From Thraustochytrium aureum (lineage: Eukaryota), in NCBI GenBank assembly GCA_012862495.1, contig BLSG01000080.1:238990-284884 (forward strand): DNA of 45,895 nucleotides, read 5' to 3'. Positions 22,269-34,267 of the stretch are shown piece by piece (position 1 is the stretch's first letter; every line of letters starts with the position of its first letter). A model generated the notes under the pieces. That model made no database searches. It was given only the letters and a program-made list of their open reading frames with translations, and was not told the origin of the DNA. The position numbers and the translations under genes are program-made.

Positions 22269-22954
22269 ACTTTTGGGATCGCGACATCGACGGGCGCGTC
22301 AAGCGCACGCGCGAGCGGCCGCTTGCATCTGGGCGCGTGTCCCCCACGCAGGCGCTTGCTTTCCTGGGCGCGCAATGTGCCGTCGGGCTTGGCGTGCTCG
22401 TCCAACTCAACGCGTTTACGATTGGGCTCGGCGCGGCCTCGCTCGTGCCGGTTGCCTTGTACCCACTTGCGAAACGCGTGACAAACTGGCCGCAGGCGGT
22501 GCTGGGTCTCACGATCAACTGGGGCGCGCTAGTTGGGTGGTCAGCGGTGCAGGGGGGGCTGGACCTCGCCGTGGTGCTGCCGCTCTACATCGGGAGCGCG
22601 TTTTGGACTCTGACGTATGACACGATCTACGCGTACCAGGACAAGGCGGACGACAGGGAGCTCGGGCTGCGGTCTTCGGCTCTGACCATTGGGGACGAGC
22701 GGGGCAAGCCCGTGCTGGCGGGATTCTCGGCCGCGGCAATCACACTCTGGGGCGTCGCGGGCCACGCCGCGGGCCTGTCCGACTCGGTCGCGTTCCACGT
22801 GGGGCTTGCTGCGGTTGCCGGCCACTTGGCCTGGCAGGTTGCGAGTGCAGACTTTGGCGACCGCCTCAACCTGACGCGACGATTCGTGTCCAACCAGTCG
22901 GTGGGGTGGCTCATGTTCGCCGGGATCGCACTTGGAAAGTCGTTCGGTCTCTAG
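22269..22954 (+). CDS. COQ2: 4-hydroxybenzoate polyprenyltransferase (UbiA family), C-terminal part; 5' end in a gap
   Basis: DFWDRDIDGRVKRTRERPLASG, YPLAKRVTNWPQAVLGLTINWGALVG, WTLTYDTIYAYQDKADD and RRFVSN. Confidence 0.92.
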
Positions 22955-24037
22955 TAGCTAGCCAGTAGTGGAGCTACTCTATTTAGTGAGCTCCTTGCTG
23001 ATGAATTGCTTTCCAGGTCCAACGATCGGCAGCAACAATCGCCGTGCGGCGCGGAAGAGGTGCCCGGCTGCCTGGTGAAAGAGCCAAGCCGGGCGAGGTA
23101 GGCGTGGTCGTCAGGGCGAAAGAGGAAAAGGAAGAAAGAAAAAAAAAGGTGTGTGTTTTGCGCGCCTGCGCTTGCCCGCCGGGAATCAGTTCAGAACGAT
23201 CANNNNNNNNNNNNNNNNNNNNNNNNNNNNNNNNNNNNNNNNNNNNNNNNNNNNNNNNNNNNNNNNNNNNNNNNNNNNNNNNNNNNNNNNNNNNNNNNNN
23301 NNNNNNNNNNNNNNNNNNNNNNNNNNNNNNNNNNNNNNNNNNNNNNNNNNNNNNNNNNNNNNNNNNNNNNNNNNNNNNNNNNNNNNNNNNNNNNNNNNNN
23401 NNNNNNNNNNNNNNNNNNNNNNNNNNNNNNNNNNNNNNNNNNNNNNNNNNNNNNNNNNNNNNNNNNNNNNNNNNNNNNNNNNNNNNNNNNNNNNNNNNNN
23501 NNNNNNNNNNNNNNNNNNNNNNNNNNNNNNNNNNNNNNNNNNNNNNNNNNNNNNNNNNNNNNNNNNNNNNNNNNNNNNNNNNNNNNNNNNNNNNNNNNNN
23601 NNNNNNNNNNNNNNNNNNNNNNNNNNNNNNNNNNNNNNNNNNNNNNNNNNNNNNNNNNNNNNNNNNNNNNNNNNNNNNNNNNNNNNNNNNNNNNNNNNNN
23701 NNNNNNNNNNNNNNNNNNNNNNNNNNNNNNNNNNNNNNNNNNNNNNNNNNNNNNNNNNNNNNNNNNNNNNNNNNNNNNNNNNNNNNNNNNNNNNNNNNNN
23801 NNNNNNNNNNNNNNNNNNNNNNNNNNNNNNNNNNNNNNNNNNNNNNNNNNNNNNNNNNNNNNNNNNNNNNNNNNNNNNNNNNNNNNNNNNNNNNNNNNNN
23901 NNNNNNNNNNNNNNNNNNNNNNNNNNNNNNNNNNNNNNNNNNNNNNNNNNNNNNNNNNNNNNNNNNNNNNNNNNNNNNNNNNNNNNNNNNNNNNNNNNNN
24001 NNNNNNNNNNNNNNNNNNNNNNNNNNAGCAAGAGGTA

Positions 24038-24043
24038 ACTTAC
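24038..24043 (-). other. Spliceosomal intron 5' donor (GTAAGT) in CCT7
   Basis: The minus strand reads TGC TCG ATC C|GTAAGTTACC exactly where CCT7 similarity stops. Confidence 0.75.
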
Positions 24044-24362
24044 GGATCGAGCAGGCGATCAGGCAGACGGAGGTGGTGCCGTCGCCGACCTCGGCGTCCT
24101 GCGACCTGGCGATGTCGACGAGCGCCTTGGCGGCGGGGTGCACGATGTCCAGCAGCTTGAGGATCTCGGCGCCGTCGTTGCTAATGGTTGCCTTGGACCC
24201 CTCGTAGATGAGCTTGTCCATGCCGCGCGGCCCGAGCGTGGTGCGGACCACGTCCGCCACGGCCTGGCACGCGTTGATGTTGCTGATCAGCTGCCCGAGT
24301 CCCTGGCTCTGGTCCGTCCCCTCCCGGAGCAGGATAATACTCGGCTGCAGGTACTGCGACAT
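24044..24362 (-). CDS. CCT7: T-complex protein 1 subunit eta, first exon (remainder in a gap)
   Basis: [46 protein letters not shown]…[13 protein letters not shown]. Homology ends at a canonical GTAAGT donor. Confidence 0.92.
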
Positions 24363-25504
24363 CGTAGCTCAAATCCCCCGTTGACACCCTCAGCTGCCTC
24401 CTTCTGGAAGTCCTCCGCGTCGGTCCCAACCGGTGATTCCGATCGGTCCGCTCCGCCTCTCGCTGTCCGCCCAGGCACGCCCTTTTCCAACCGCGCGCGC
24501 CTGCTCCGCTTCCCGCCCTCCCTCGCCGCCGCCGCCGCCGCTCTTCTGCTGCTCGTCCTGCGCGCCGCTGCTTGCTGCCGCCGCCGCTGCCGCGTTGCTG
24601 CTCTGCCTTCGCCTCCGATCATCCTCGCAACCAACCGCCAACGCGATTCCCCTCACACCGCTTCCTGCTCCAACTCGGCCGCTTCTGCCGTCGCCCCTCT
24701 GTCCCCTCCCTGTCGTCTCAGTCGCCCGCTCTGAGGCAGAAATCAAATACGCGCGAACTCTCCGCCTGTTCCCATCGAAACCCTGGAAAAGGGGAACCCG
24801 CCAGGCACAGCGCGGGTTCCCCCTTCCTGTCGTTGTTCTCCAACGTCCCCAGGATCTTCGTCGAGGGTCGCTTTGTTCGTGTTCGGTTGGCCTTCGTCGC
24901 CCAGTGGGACTCGACGCGCGGGACGCTAGTTTCTTCTTCGCCTCGGTGTTTCCTGCTGATCGAGCGCTCGGCTGATCCTCTGCGACCGTCTCTTTTTTTT
25001 TTTTTTTTTTACNCTGTTNNNNNNNNNNNNNNNNNNNNNNNNNNNNNNNNNNNNNNNNNNNNNNNNNNNNNNNNNNNNNNNNNNNNNNNNNNNNNNNNNN
25101 NNNNNNNNNNNNNNNNNNNNNNNNNNNNNNNNNNNNNNNNNNNNNNNNNNNNNNNNNNNNNNNNNNNNNNNNNNNNNNNNNNNNNNNNNNNNNNNNNNNN
25201 NNNNNNNNNNNNNNNNNNNNNNNNNNNTTTTTTCTCTGTTTTGTGTGCATCGAAAGCCTCCTTGATTCTGAATGAAGAGTTGAATGTAAATGCCAATGAG
25301 TGGGTTTTTACTCGCTTGCTGGCTGTTGACCACTCCGGCTGGCAGCGCTTCGCGTCGGCCAAGGCCGGCTGGAGCGCGTTGTGCTCGAGCGGCCTGGACC
25401 AGCTGGCTGGCGACACCGTCTTCTGCTGCCTCCGAGGCAGCCCTCGGCGTCGTGTGCAATCGAAAGGTGCACGCTCACATACTCCGACCACGGGCGAAAT
25501 GCAA

Positions 25505-25912
25505 AGGCCAATCGGCCGAGGTGGCAAGAAAGTACACACCTCCACGTGGAGCTTCATCCAACTTCTCTTCCACCTCCCAGCTCGGCCGCGCGAGTCCGTG
25601 AGGCGCTGGGCGAGCGAGCGAGCGAGCGAGCGAGCGAGTGCATCTCCCCTGGTTGTGCTTGTGGACGTGATTTATCCTCTCGTCGTGGGTGGTCGAGCAA
25701 GTATCTTCTCACAAGCGCTTGCGGCTGTAGTACCTCCGCCGGCAGGGCTGCCACCAGCACCGACGCAGAGAAGTAGGTAGTAGTACGTCGTGCATCAGAG
25801 CAATTGCAGGCCGCCTGCCCTTGAGGCGCGTTTCTGTTTTTGATGAGTGCTGTTTTTGTTTGCGTTGAGAGGCAATCCAGAGCAGCGCACAAATCCACGT
25901 GACTCACGTTGC
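25505..25912. promoter_or_regulatory. Divergent promoter region between CCT7 and the EF-hand gene, with candidate elements
   Basis: ggCCAATcggcc at about 25506, palindromic tcCACGTGga at 25541-25550, a (GAGC)n run at about 25610-25637, and CACGTGACTCACG at about 25896. Function is inferred only from position and motif. Confidence 0.3.
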
Positions 25913-26136
25913 GCGGCCGCCTTGGGAAGGAAGGTGGTGCACAACAGCGCGCTGCACTTGCACTGCCGCATACAGCCACATAGATCCACTTGCCAGACCG
26001 AGCCAGAGACAGACCGTCGCCCTGCCAACAGACCCCCAACGACACCTAGCAGCGGCCACCAGCTCCCCAGCACGAGCAGCCGCCCGCACGAAGCGCAGCG
26101 CGTCCACGCAGACAAGCAACTCGAGCAGCAAGCAAG

Positions 26137-26958
26137 ATGGCGGCCGTGGCGCAAAAACACAACTTCACCAAGAAGTTCATCGAGCTCCAGAACGCTCCGA
26201 TCGACGAGCAGGCCTCCTTCTTCGGCCGCCGCTTCGTGTTCTCGCTCGGCGACAAGTACAGCGACATCTTCGACCTGGCCAAGGCCTTCAAGGAGGCCGT
26301 CGTCGGCGACAGCAGCGCCAAGGACAACAAGCTCTCCCCCGCCGGCGCCGCCGGCCTCCTCCAGCACACCGGCGGCACCCGCACGGCGCAGCAGCGCAAG
26401 GCCGAGCTCAACGACGTCGACGTCGACGGGGATGGCTTCCTGTCCTTCAGCGAGTTTCTGCTCCTGCACTTCAAGGTCATGATCCTCACAGAGTACTTTA
26501 AGCGCAACCAGATGGAGCCGGACGTCGACCTCTCCAACGATGGCATCGGCCTCACCGGCGTCGGCGAGCGCCTCGTCGAAGAGCTCTTCAACGTGCCCCA
26601 GGGCATCGACGAGGACCTCGAGAAGGCCATGAAGGAGTTTAGCATCGAGCACGCCAAGCGCCAGGCCAAGATCGAGCAGCTTGAGGCCAAGGTCGCCAAG
26701 GGCGGCGTTGCAGGCATGGCTGCCAAGAACGAGCTCGAGCAGATCAAGCAGCAGGACCAGACCGAGGTCAACGCCGTGGAGGCGCGCATCGCCGCCGCTG
26801 TCAAGAAGGCTGTGGCCAAGTCCAAGAAGGAGCTCGCGACCAAGGAGCAGGCAAAGGCGGATGCCGACCAGGCCAAGCTTGCCTCGAGCCGCTCCAAGCT
26901 CGCCGAGAAGGCCGCGGCCTTCGGCAAGCGCGTCTCGCAGCGCCTCACCGGCAAGTAA
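26137..26958 (+). CDS. EF-hand protein of the Dictyostelium 34 kDa calcium-regulated actin-bundling protein (ABP34)-like family
   Basis: TRTAQQRKAELNDVDVDGDGFLSFSEFLL and GGVAGMAAKNELEQI resemble ABP34 segments as I recall them. Strong GC3 codon bias suggests high expression. Confidence 0.7.
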   Translation: MAAVAQKHNFTKKFIELQNAPIDEQASFFGRRFVFSLGDKYSDIFDLAKAFKEAVVGDSSAKDNKLSPAGAAGLLQHTGGTRTAQQRKAELNDVDVDGDGFLSFSEFLLLHFKVMILTEYFKRNQMEPDVDLSNDGIGLTGVGERLVEELFNVPQGIDEDLEKAMKEFSIEHAKRQAKIEQLEAKVAKGGVAGMAAKNELEQIKQQDQTEVNAVEARIAAAVKKAVAKSKKELATKEQAKADADQAKLASSRSKLAEKAAAFGKRVSQRLTGK

Positions 26959-27296
26959 GCTCTGTGGGCCGCCGTTGCGCTACCCTGTAGTTTTTGCCCT
27001 GCTGTTTCCCTTGCTCATCGACGACGACAACGGCGGCGTTCAGCGCCGCTCATGTGAAGATAAACCCATCTATCTCGTTTTCCATCTTGTCTTTTGCTTG
27101 CTGGCTGCATCCGGCATGTCGCTCGAAAACCCGCAGCCGGCCTCGTTCGCCCGCACGCGTGCGCGGCCCACTACATACAGGTACTCCATCGGTGGAGGAG
27201 CGTCTGCGACCTGTGCACCAGGAGGACTCCAGAGCACTCCGTCGAAAGTAGATTTGCTTCCACCCGCTCGCCCCGCCAGCCAAGGGCACCAGAGAC

Positions 27297-28451
27297 ATGG
27301 CGACGGAGGCGGCGGGCCTGTCGCAGGAGGCGGCGGCAGCGCCCGTGCTGCGTGGGCCGCAAGGACGCGAGGAAGAGGAAGAGCTGGCTGCAGAGATCCT
27401 CGAGCGACTCGCCGAGTTGGCGTCGCAAAGCCTGGCGAACGGGACGGCCTGCACGGCGCGCTGATTCCCCTGCTAGAACGAGCCATCTTCACGCCTGATG
27501 ACAATACCATGCGCGCCGTCTACAGGCGCATTTACGGCAGCGGCAGCGACGTGGTAGACAAGCCGGGGTTGGACAGGTTTGACATGATGCGCGCGCCGCT
27601 CGTGCGCCTCTCCAAGGCCTTTGGGGAGGCCTGGAGCCGGCCCCAAAGCAAGCGTCTCATCCCTCTGTTCAGAGCCTCGTACGGGGTCAGCATGGAGGGC
27701 GTGCTCAAGGCGGAGCACGAGTTCGAGAGCCTGAACGAGTTTTTCTACCGTGACATAGACGTCGAGTCGTGCCGACCGCTCGAGCCTTCGCCAGACAGCC
27801 AAGGCGTCGCTTCAACGCCGCTCTCATCAATGGCAGACTCGCACATCATGGTGTTTCGACCGTGGTCGAGACTCCGCGGCCTGGTGGTCAAAAACTCGAT
27901 GTTTACGGTGGACGCGTTCTTGGGCGGCGAGGCGACCGGGTTTGGCCTTGGAATGGAGGGCGGCACGGTCGTGTGCGTCCGGCTACACCCTAGCCATATT
28001 CATCGCGCGTATGCTCCGCTGGACGCCTGCGTCGGTCAGCCTTGGCAAGGCGGGCATAGCATACCACACCACCAAGCCCGTTGGGATTGAAAGCCTGGAG
28101 GTGGATACGCTTTGCGAGAATAAGCGCGTCGTCGTTCCGCTTCAGGCCAAGGGGCTCGGTACGTTTTACGCGGTGTTCGTGGGCGGGCCCCTGATTGGGA
28201 GTGTCGTCTTGCAAGTCGCGCCGGGCCAGGAGGTTGCTCGCGGCCAGGAGCTGGCCTACTTTAGCTACGGAGGGAGCGCTATCTACATGTGCTTCCCAGC
28301 GGACTTTCCGGCCATCGAGTGGCTCGTCCCTGAAAACTTGGCCCTGCTCGAGTCGCAGGAGGTGCGCTTGCGGAGTACGATCGGGCGGGTCAGCGCTGAG
28401 GCGCCCGCTTCCGCCGCAAGAGCTAGTAGAGACCTTGATTCGCACAACTAG
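27297..28451 (+). CDS. Phosphatidylserine decarboxylase proenzyme (Psd2-type); frameshifts near 27440 and 28045
   Basis: FESLNEFFYRDI…RPL, SSMADS, VRLHPSHIHR, LCENKR, VGGPLIGSV and GQELAYFSYGGSAI (self-cleavage GG-S motif). Confidence 0.8.
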
Positions 28452-28929
28452 TGAGAGAAGGATGCGCGGCTGTCTGGGCCGCTATCGCCGCTATCGATTT
28501 CGCCAACCCTCAACTCGGCCACAGCAATGCAAGCAAACAAGTAGGATCATGAAGACCGCTTTCCTACCAACCAACAACCGTTGACTGATGACATAAAGTC
28601 GAGCTGTGGTGCGCAACTCGAGTGAAAAAAACAACCAAGGAAATCATTCAGGATTTGCTGAGCTCTGCACCAATGGATCCGCGCAAAACACGCTGCGCGC
28701 GACAAACTGCATCCTTGCACGGTGGGCATCAGTCGGTCAAGCAAGCCAGGGGCACCCACGAACCCTCGACGGCCCCCAACTTGACCGAAAAGTCTTGGTA
28801 GTACACTGAGAATGAAGGACGACCAAGTTCCTTACTTGCGTCGCGCGTGCCAGTCAACGCCGCCACCACACCCAGACACACGAAACGCCGAAATCCAGCG
28901 GCGCGCTGCCGAGCGAGCGCGGGGCTCTG

Positions 28930-30522
28930 CTACGGAGCGGCCATCTTCTTGGAGTCCGTCGACGGTGCGCGGGAAGTGCGAGAGCCCAGAGTCGGCGACT
29001 TGGGGCCCAGCACAGCCATCAGAATGCCGAAACACTCGACAGTGGCTGCTTCGAGTGCGCTCGCCATCACCAACAGCGCAGGTGCTGGAGCTCGCAGGGC
29101 GTCGCGGTCCTTGGCGAGCGCGGCGTACCAGGAAACCGTCAAGGCCCCACCAACAACGATCGCTCGGAAATCGGCAAACTTGACCCGGAAGCGCCGACCC
29201 GGTAAATCGGTGCGGCTGGTCACAGCTCGGCGAAAGTGCCGCACGTAGGCGGTCCGCACACAACCCACAACGGCCGCGACAGCGAGCTCGCGCAGGCACC
29301 CGGTAAACAGCATGAGCACAAGAAGCCCGTCAACGACGCGACGATAGTGGAACGGGATCGCGACCGTTGTGTCCAGGACCAGCGTGCGGCCTTTGGCACG
29401 GATGCAGGCATTCAGCGAAAGGTGCTCGCAATCCTGGGCAGCCTCGTCGTACCTGCACTCGCGCAGGGCTTCAGTTGCATAGGCGGCAACCCCGCCAAAG
29501 CACGAGTCGACGCGGCGAGCGACGCCCGCCTCAAACCACTCGGCGGTGAGACGATAGACAGCTTGCTGCGTCTCGTACGAGACAACATTTGGGCGCTTCT
29601 CGAACGTAAAGTCTGGCAGCACGTCTGCAGCGCGAAACGCCAGCGCGTCTCGGTGGCCTCGAATGAGGTTGTATACGTGAAAGCATCGCGCCCCGAAGTT
29701 TTTATCAGGGATCATCGTGCTTCCGACCATTGCCTTGGTGGGCCACCTGTGGCTAACGTCCATGTCAAACATGATCACGCGGTCAAACGCGCGGTACGCT
29801 GGCAGCGCAATCTCCTCCAGGTAGAGGTTGCGCATGCGGGCGAGGAAGCCAAGCGTGGGCCTCTTGCGCAGGTTGAAGGTCTTGCTGATTACCTTGACGC
29901 GCGGGTTGCTCGCGGCCCAGTCATGGAGTGCCGCCCTGAACGCCGGCGACGAGTCGTTCTCCACAAGAACGACGCGGTAGTCCGCAAAGTACCTCCCAAC
30001 ATCCTCCACCTGATACCGGTTCACCGAGAGCCCATAGTGGTCGTCGCGAGTTATTGCTGCAAAGATGACGCGCGTCTCCGAAGCGCTTTCGAATCGCTCT
30101 TTGAGCTCTTGCGCGCGCTGCGCAGCCTCTGCCAGCCCGGTCTCGAACGAGACGCGCGGATCTGCGAAACCCGACTTGATGTCCATCATCGTCTGCTCGA
30201 GCATAATCCTCGCGCTCTTCGACTGGCGGTCCGCTTGTGCGGATACGCTCTGGAACCGGACTCCCTCTACGCCGACAGCGCCCTCGGCGACGGGCGTGCT
30301 GGCCACCACATCATGGCGCGCAGCCAAGCCGAGCATGCCAGCTTCCTCCTCCCCGCTCAGAAACCTCGCCATCTCAAGGTCGAACGCGCAGAAATAGTAC
30401 CAGGCAAAAAGGCACGCCACCAGGCTGCATACCACGAGCGCGATATCCCCGGCGTTCTCTCGCGCCCACCGCGCCGCCCTCGCCGGCACGCCCTGCATCC
30501 CCCTGAGCGAAACGCCGACCAT
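28930..30522 (-). CDS. Membrane-anchored GT-A-fold glycosyltransferase (CAP59/GT69-like inferred)
   Basis: N-terminal TM helix, then VIFAAITRD, VVLVENDS, LARMRNLYL, VIMFDMDV (DxD), VDSCFGGVAAY and DCEHLSL, then hydrophobic C-terminal segments. Confidence 0.7.
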   Translation of the reverse strand: MVGVSLRGMQGVPARAARWARENAGDIALVVCSLVACLFAWYYFCAFDLEMARFLSGEEEAGMLGLAARHDVVASTPVAEGAVGVEGVRFQSVSAQADRQSKSARIMLEQTMMDIKSGFADPRVSFETGLAEAAQRAQELKERFESASETRVIFAAITRDDHYGLSVNRYQVEDVGRYFADYRVVLVENDSSPAFRAALHDWAASNPRVKVISKTFNLRKRPTLGFLARMRNLYLEEIALPAYRAFDRVIMFDMDVSHRWPTKAMVGSTMIPDKNFGARCFHVYNLIRGHRDALAFRAADVLPDFTFEKRPNVVSYETQQAVYRLTAEWFEAGVARRVDSCFGGVAAYATEALRECRYDEAAQDCEHLSLNACIRAKGRTLVLDTTVAIPFHYRRVVDGLLVLMLFTGCLRELAVAAVVGCVRTAYVRHFRRAVTSRTDLPGRRFRVKFADFRAIVVGGALTVSWYAALAKDRDALRAPAPALLVMASALEAATVECFGILMAVLGPKSPTLGSRTSRAPSTDSKKMAAP

Positions 30523-31523
30523 CTTGGACTCGCGCCTCGTCCTCCAGGCCGCCGCCGAGCCGCGCCCGGTCTCCGCGCCTGNNNNNNNNNNNNNNNNNNN
30601 NNNNNNNNNNNNNNNNNNNNNNNNNNNNNNNNNNNNNNNNNNNNNNNNNNNNNNNNNNNNNNNNNNNNNNNNNNNNNNNNNNNNNNNNNNNNNNNNNNNN
30701 NNNNNNNNNNNNNNNNNNNNNNNNNNNNNNNNNNNNNNNNNNNNNNNNNNNNNNNNNNNNNNNNNNNNNNNNNNNNNNNNNNNNNNNNNNNNNNNNNNNN
30801 NNNNNNNNNNNNNNNNNNNNNNNNNNNNNNNNNNNNNNNNNNNNNNNNNNNNNNNNNNNNNNNNNNNNNNNNNNNNNNNNNNNNNNNNNNGAGGTGGCTT
30901 GGCGCGGGCTTTGACGGCGGCACACTCGCGCGCTTGTTCTCGTCCGAGTTGGTTTTGGCGCAGGGCAGCCTGCCAGTTTGACGGAGGCTTGCAACCTCTG
31001 CGCGCCCGTGCGAGGCCTGCCAGCGCTTTGCCCGGCCTCTGCGTGGCTGGGCAGCAAGCAGTGCTCCTGTGCGCGGGGCCGCTTCTGTGGAATGAGCGAA
31101 CGTTGTGCGGCGGCTGCGAGGCTGAGTACTTTATTCTAGCTAGAGCTAGACTCACGGGCACTTGGGCATGGCGAGTGGGCACCCTGGGCGCCTGCGCAAG
31201 GCGCTCCAGCGCGTCCCTGGCTTCTTCGACTGCCCTCGCTCTGCAAAGCTTGCGGCCAGGAGTGCCGTGGCCCGGCCAGTCCGCGCACATGGGCGGGTTT
31301 TTCTCGTCAATTTCTTGCACAAAATGAACGAGTCAGCCAAGGCAAGCAAGGAGCACTTGCGAGGACTCAACGGCCTCGCGAGGCATGGGCAGTGAGTGAA
31401 TCAGTCAATCAATCAGTGAGCGCGGGGCCGCGCGCCAGACGGCGAGAGAGAGAGAGAGTTGGCCACGTCGCGGAGCTGGCGGTAGAGGCAGGGCAAATGG
31501 GGCGACTGGGCAGCGGTCGCGCC

Positions 31524-32507
31524 ATGTCGGGCTTCACGCGGCATCGGTGGCGGACGCTCGGCGCACAGGTTGCGGTCGTTTTGGCCTGCCTGGCGCGCGA
31601 GTCTGGCGCGGCGGGGTTCGAGTACCCGGATTTCAACCACACGCAAGGGCTTGTGCTGAATGGACGAGCGAGCACGAGCTCGTGCGAGGAAAGGGGCGGA
31701 GTGCTGCACCAGGACCAACCGGCCTACGGGTACCAACCCAAGCACGGGACTGCTGACCCGCCCGTGGAGCTCGTGACCATGCACCACTTGGGCGAGGGCG
31801 CTGCGACAGTGACTGTCTCGACAGACAAGGGCACAGATAAAGACGCGGTGGGGGTCTCGGAGGCCTCGTTCGGGCACCGCGACGAGGCCTTTCGCGGCGG
31901 ATATGCGAGCTCCGCGAGCACGGACTGTGCAGTGAGGCTCCGGCTGACACCTGCGCAGCCAGACAGCGTCGGGTCGGTGTGGCGGGGCGAGCCAGCGCAG
32001 GTCCTGCAAGGGTTTAGCTCCACGTTTTCCGTGCAGTTCAGCGACTTGTCGCGAACCTGCAACGTGGTTCGAGACGCCAGCTTTTCAACCCACAAGTACC
32101 GGTCCTGCGCGGTGCACGGTGGTGACGGCCTGGCGTTTGTCGTACACGGCGACGAGAGTGGCACAGGCGCCCTGGGGCTCGGCGCGGAGCAGCTTGGGTT
32201 TGGCGGCTTTCGGAATGCACTTGCGGTCGAGTTGGACGTCTGGTACAATCCAGACCTCGGAGACTTGCTGGAAGACCACGTCACCGTGTTTGCGGGCGGA
32301 GACGCGGCCGTATCCGCTAGCCACGAGTTCCAGCTGCATCAGCCGCGCAAGCGCAACCTCGCGGATGGGCGGGTTCATCAGTTTCGCGTGGTCTACTTTC
32401 CCTTTCTGAAATTGGACTTGGCGCCTTTTTTCGCGACGTCCGCACACAGCATCGCCTTTGCCAAGGACAACGGCGAGGGGCACCGGCTTGGCACGCTCGG
32501 GTCTGGG
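31524..32507 (+). CDS. Secreted legume (L-type) lectin-domain protein; 3' end in a gap
   Basis: Signal-like N-terminus (alternative ATG at 31497), FEYPDFN..GLVLNG, LRLTPAQPDSVGSVW, GFSSTF, GGDGLAFVVH and NALAVELDVWYN. Confidence 0.8.
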
Positions 32508-32964
32508 NNNNNNNNNNNNNNNNNNNNNNNNNNNNNNNNNNNNNNNNNNNNNNNNNNNNNNNNNNNNNNNNNNNNNNNNNNNNNNNNNNNNNNNNNNNNN
32601 NNNNNNNNNNNNNNNNNNNNNNNNNNNNNNNNNNNNNNNNNNNNNNNNNNNNNNNNNNNNNNNNNNNNNNNNNNNNNNNNNNNNNNNNNNNNNNNNNNNN
32701 NNNNNNNNNNNNNNNNNNNNNNNNNNNNNNNNNNNNNNNNNNNNNNNGACTCGTGTCCAAGCCTTGACCACCAGGGACGGACGACTCGTGTCCGATCCCT
32801 TCCACATCACACACCACATCGTCTCCTCCGTACCCTCCTCCGTACTCCCTACTCCGTACCGGGAGAGAGAAGGAGTACGAAAAGCCTCGCAAGTTGTCGC
32901 GACTCGCGCAGAGCCCGAACGCTGGGCGAGCCACGCAAAGCCGACGGCGTTGGCAGGAACAGCA

Positions 32965-34267
32965 ATGGAGCCCGAGGCCAGCGCCGCGAACGGAAAGGAG
33001 CGATACGACTTGCAGGCCGCCCCGTTCGAGCAGTTCATTTGCCGGGACGAGCCGAGCGCGCTTCCCGCAGGACTGACTTCGCTCGAGCGCAAACCAAAGG
33101 GATGGCTCTGCGCGCGGTGTTGCCTGTACGTGTGCTGCACGGGGTGCTGCGAGCACCACTGCTTGACCCGCACCTTGAGTGAGGCCGTCAAGCTTCAATA
33201 CCGCAGCGCAGGCATGTACCCTGGCGGGACGTTCAAGCGGAACAAGTTTCCAGAGGGGCCTCCGACGAAGCTGGGCCGCCGCGAAAAGGCTGGTGTGGAA
33301 GTCCTCGAGGCTGTGGCGCCACTTGTGCACAAACCGGCCGACCCTGCCGCCCCCGCGTGTGAGACCGTGGAAGACAAGAACGGCACTCCGGGGCTGCTTT
33401 TGCGGGTGTTCAAGCCGCTCACGGTCAGTGACCCGTCGAGCATACCCGTAATGGTCTACCTTCATGGCGGCGGATTTGTGATCGGAGACCCGCGAGGGTT
33501 TGCCCACGACAAAACGGGGGAAATGCTTGCCCGGAAGATGGGCGCGTACGTGGTGGTGCCCCACTATCGGCGAGCGCCCGAGAACCCATTCCCCGTCCCC
33601 GTGATGGACAGCTATGACGCCTTGCGCTGGGTTGCATCTGAGAGCGCCGACGAGGTTATGCCCGGTGTGGACCGCTCGCGCCTCGCCATCGGCGGCGAGT
33701 CTGCGGGCGGCAATCTCACTGTCGTCTTGGCAACCCTGCTGCGCGATGGGTTGCAGGCGGACCTGACCCCGGCCACAGAAGAGCTGCAAAGGCTCCGGTT
33801 GGTCTTCTTGGCGCCGCTCTTCCCGCTTCTACACTTGGACGCCGTGACTACGAGCGCTAGAGCGAACCTGGACTCGCCGATGCTTACCGGGTTTTCCATC
33901 GACTTCTTCACGCGCGCGTACCTCGGCGAGACCGAAGCGGAGCGCAACGGCAAAAATGCAGGACCGGCGAGTCAACCCGCTGCTAGCAGAGCGCGGAATG
34001 GAGGGGCTGCCGCCCACTACCATCGTCAGCGGTGGCCGCGACTTGCTCGGCGACGATGCGAAGATCCTCGAGCAGGCGCTAAAGCTGGACGGGGTCCCGG
34101 TTCGCCACTTGCACCGTGTTGATGGTGTTCACGTGTACCACATCCTTCCGTGGGAGAAGGGCAGCCGTGCCTGGGACTTTGTCATCGAGGGCTGGCAAGA
34201 AGCACTGAGCGGCGCTTTGCAAGCAGCCAGCGGTTCTGCTTCGTCAGACACTCTCAAGAGCGGCTAA
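32965..34267 (+). CDS. Alpha/beta hydrolase, hormone-sensitive-lipase (HSL) family esterase; frameshift near 33955
   Basis: VYLHGGGF, YRRAPENPFP, GESAGGNL, GRDLLGDD and GVH. Removing one A from caaaaatg joins the two frames. Confidence 0.88.

Noticed and set aside
22983..24362. Apparently truncated CCT7 (the 824-bp gap is too small for the roughly 440 remaining codons plus an intron)
   Set aside because: Gap lengths are estimates, so there is no evidence of real truncation.
31392..34122. ORF-track fusions across N-gaps (lectin plus downstream sequence; also 21224-22954 and 28930-31320)
   Set aside because: They are artefacts of translating through Ns.
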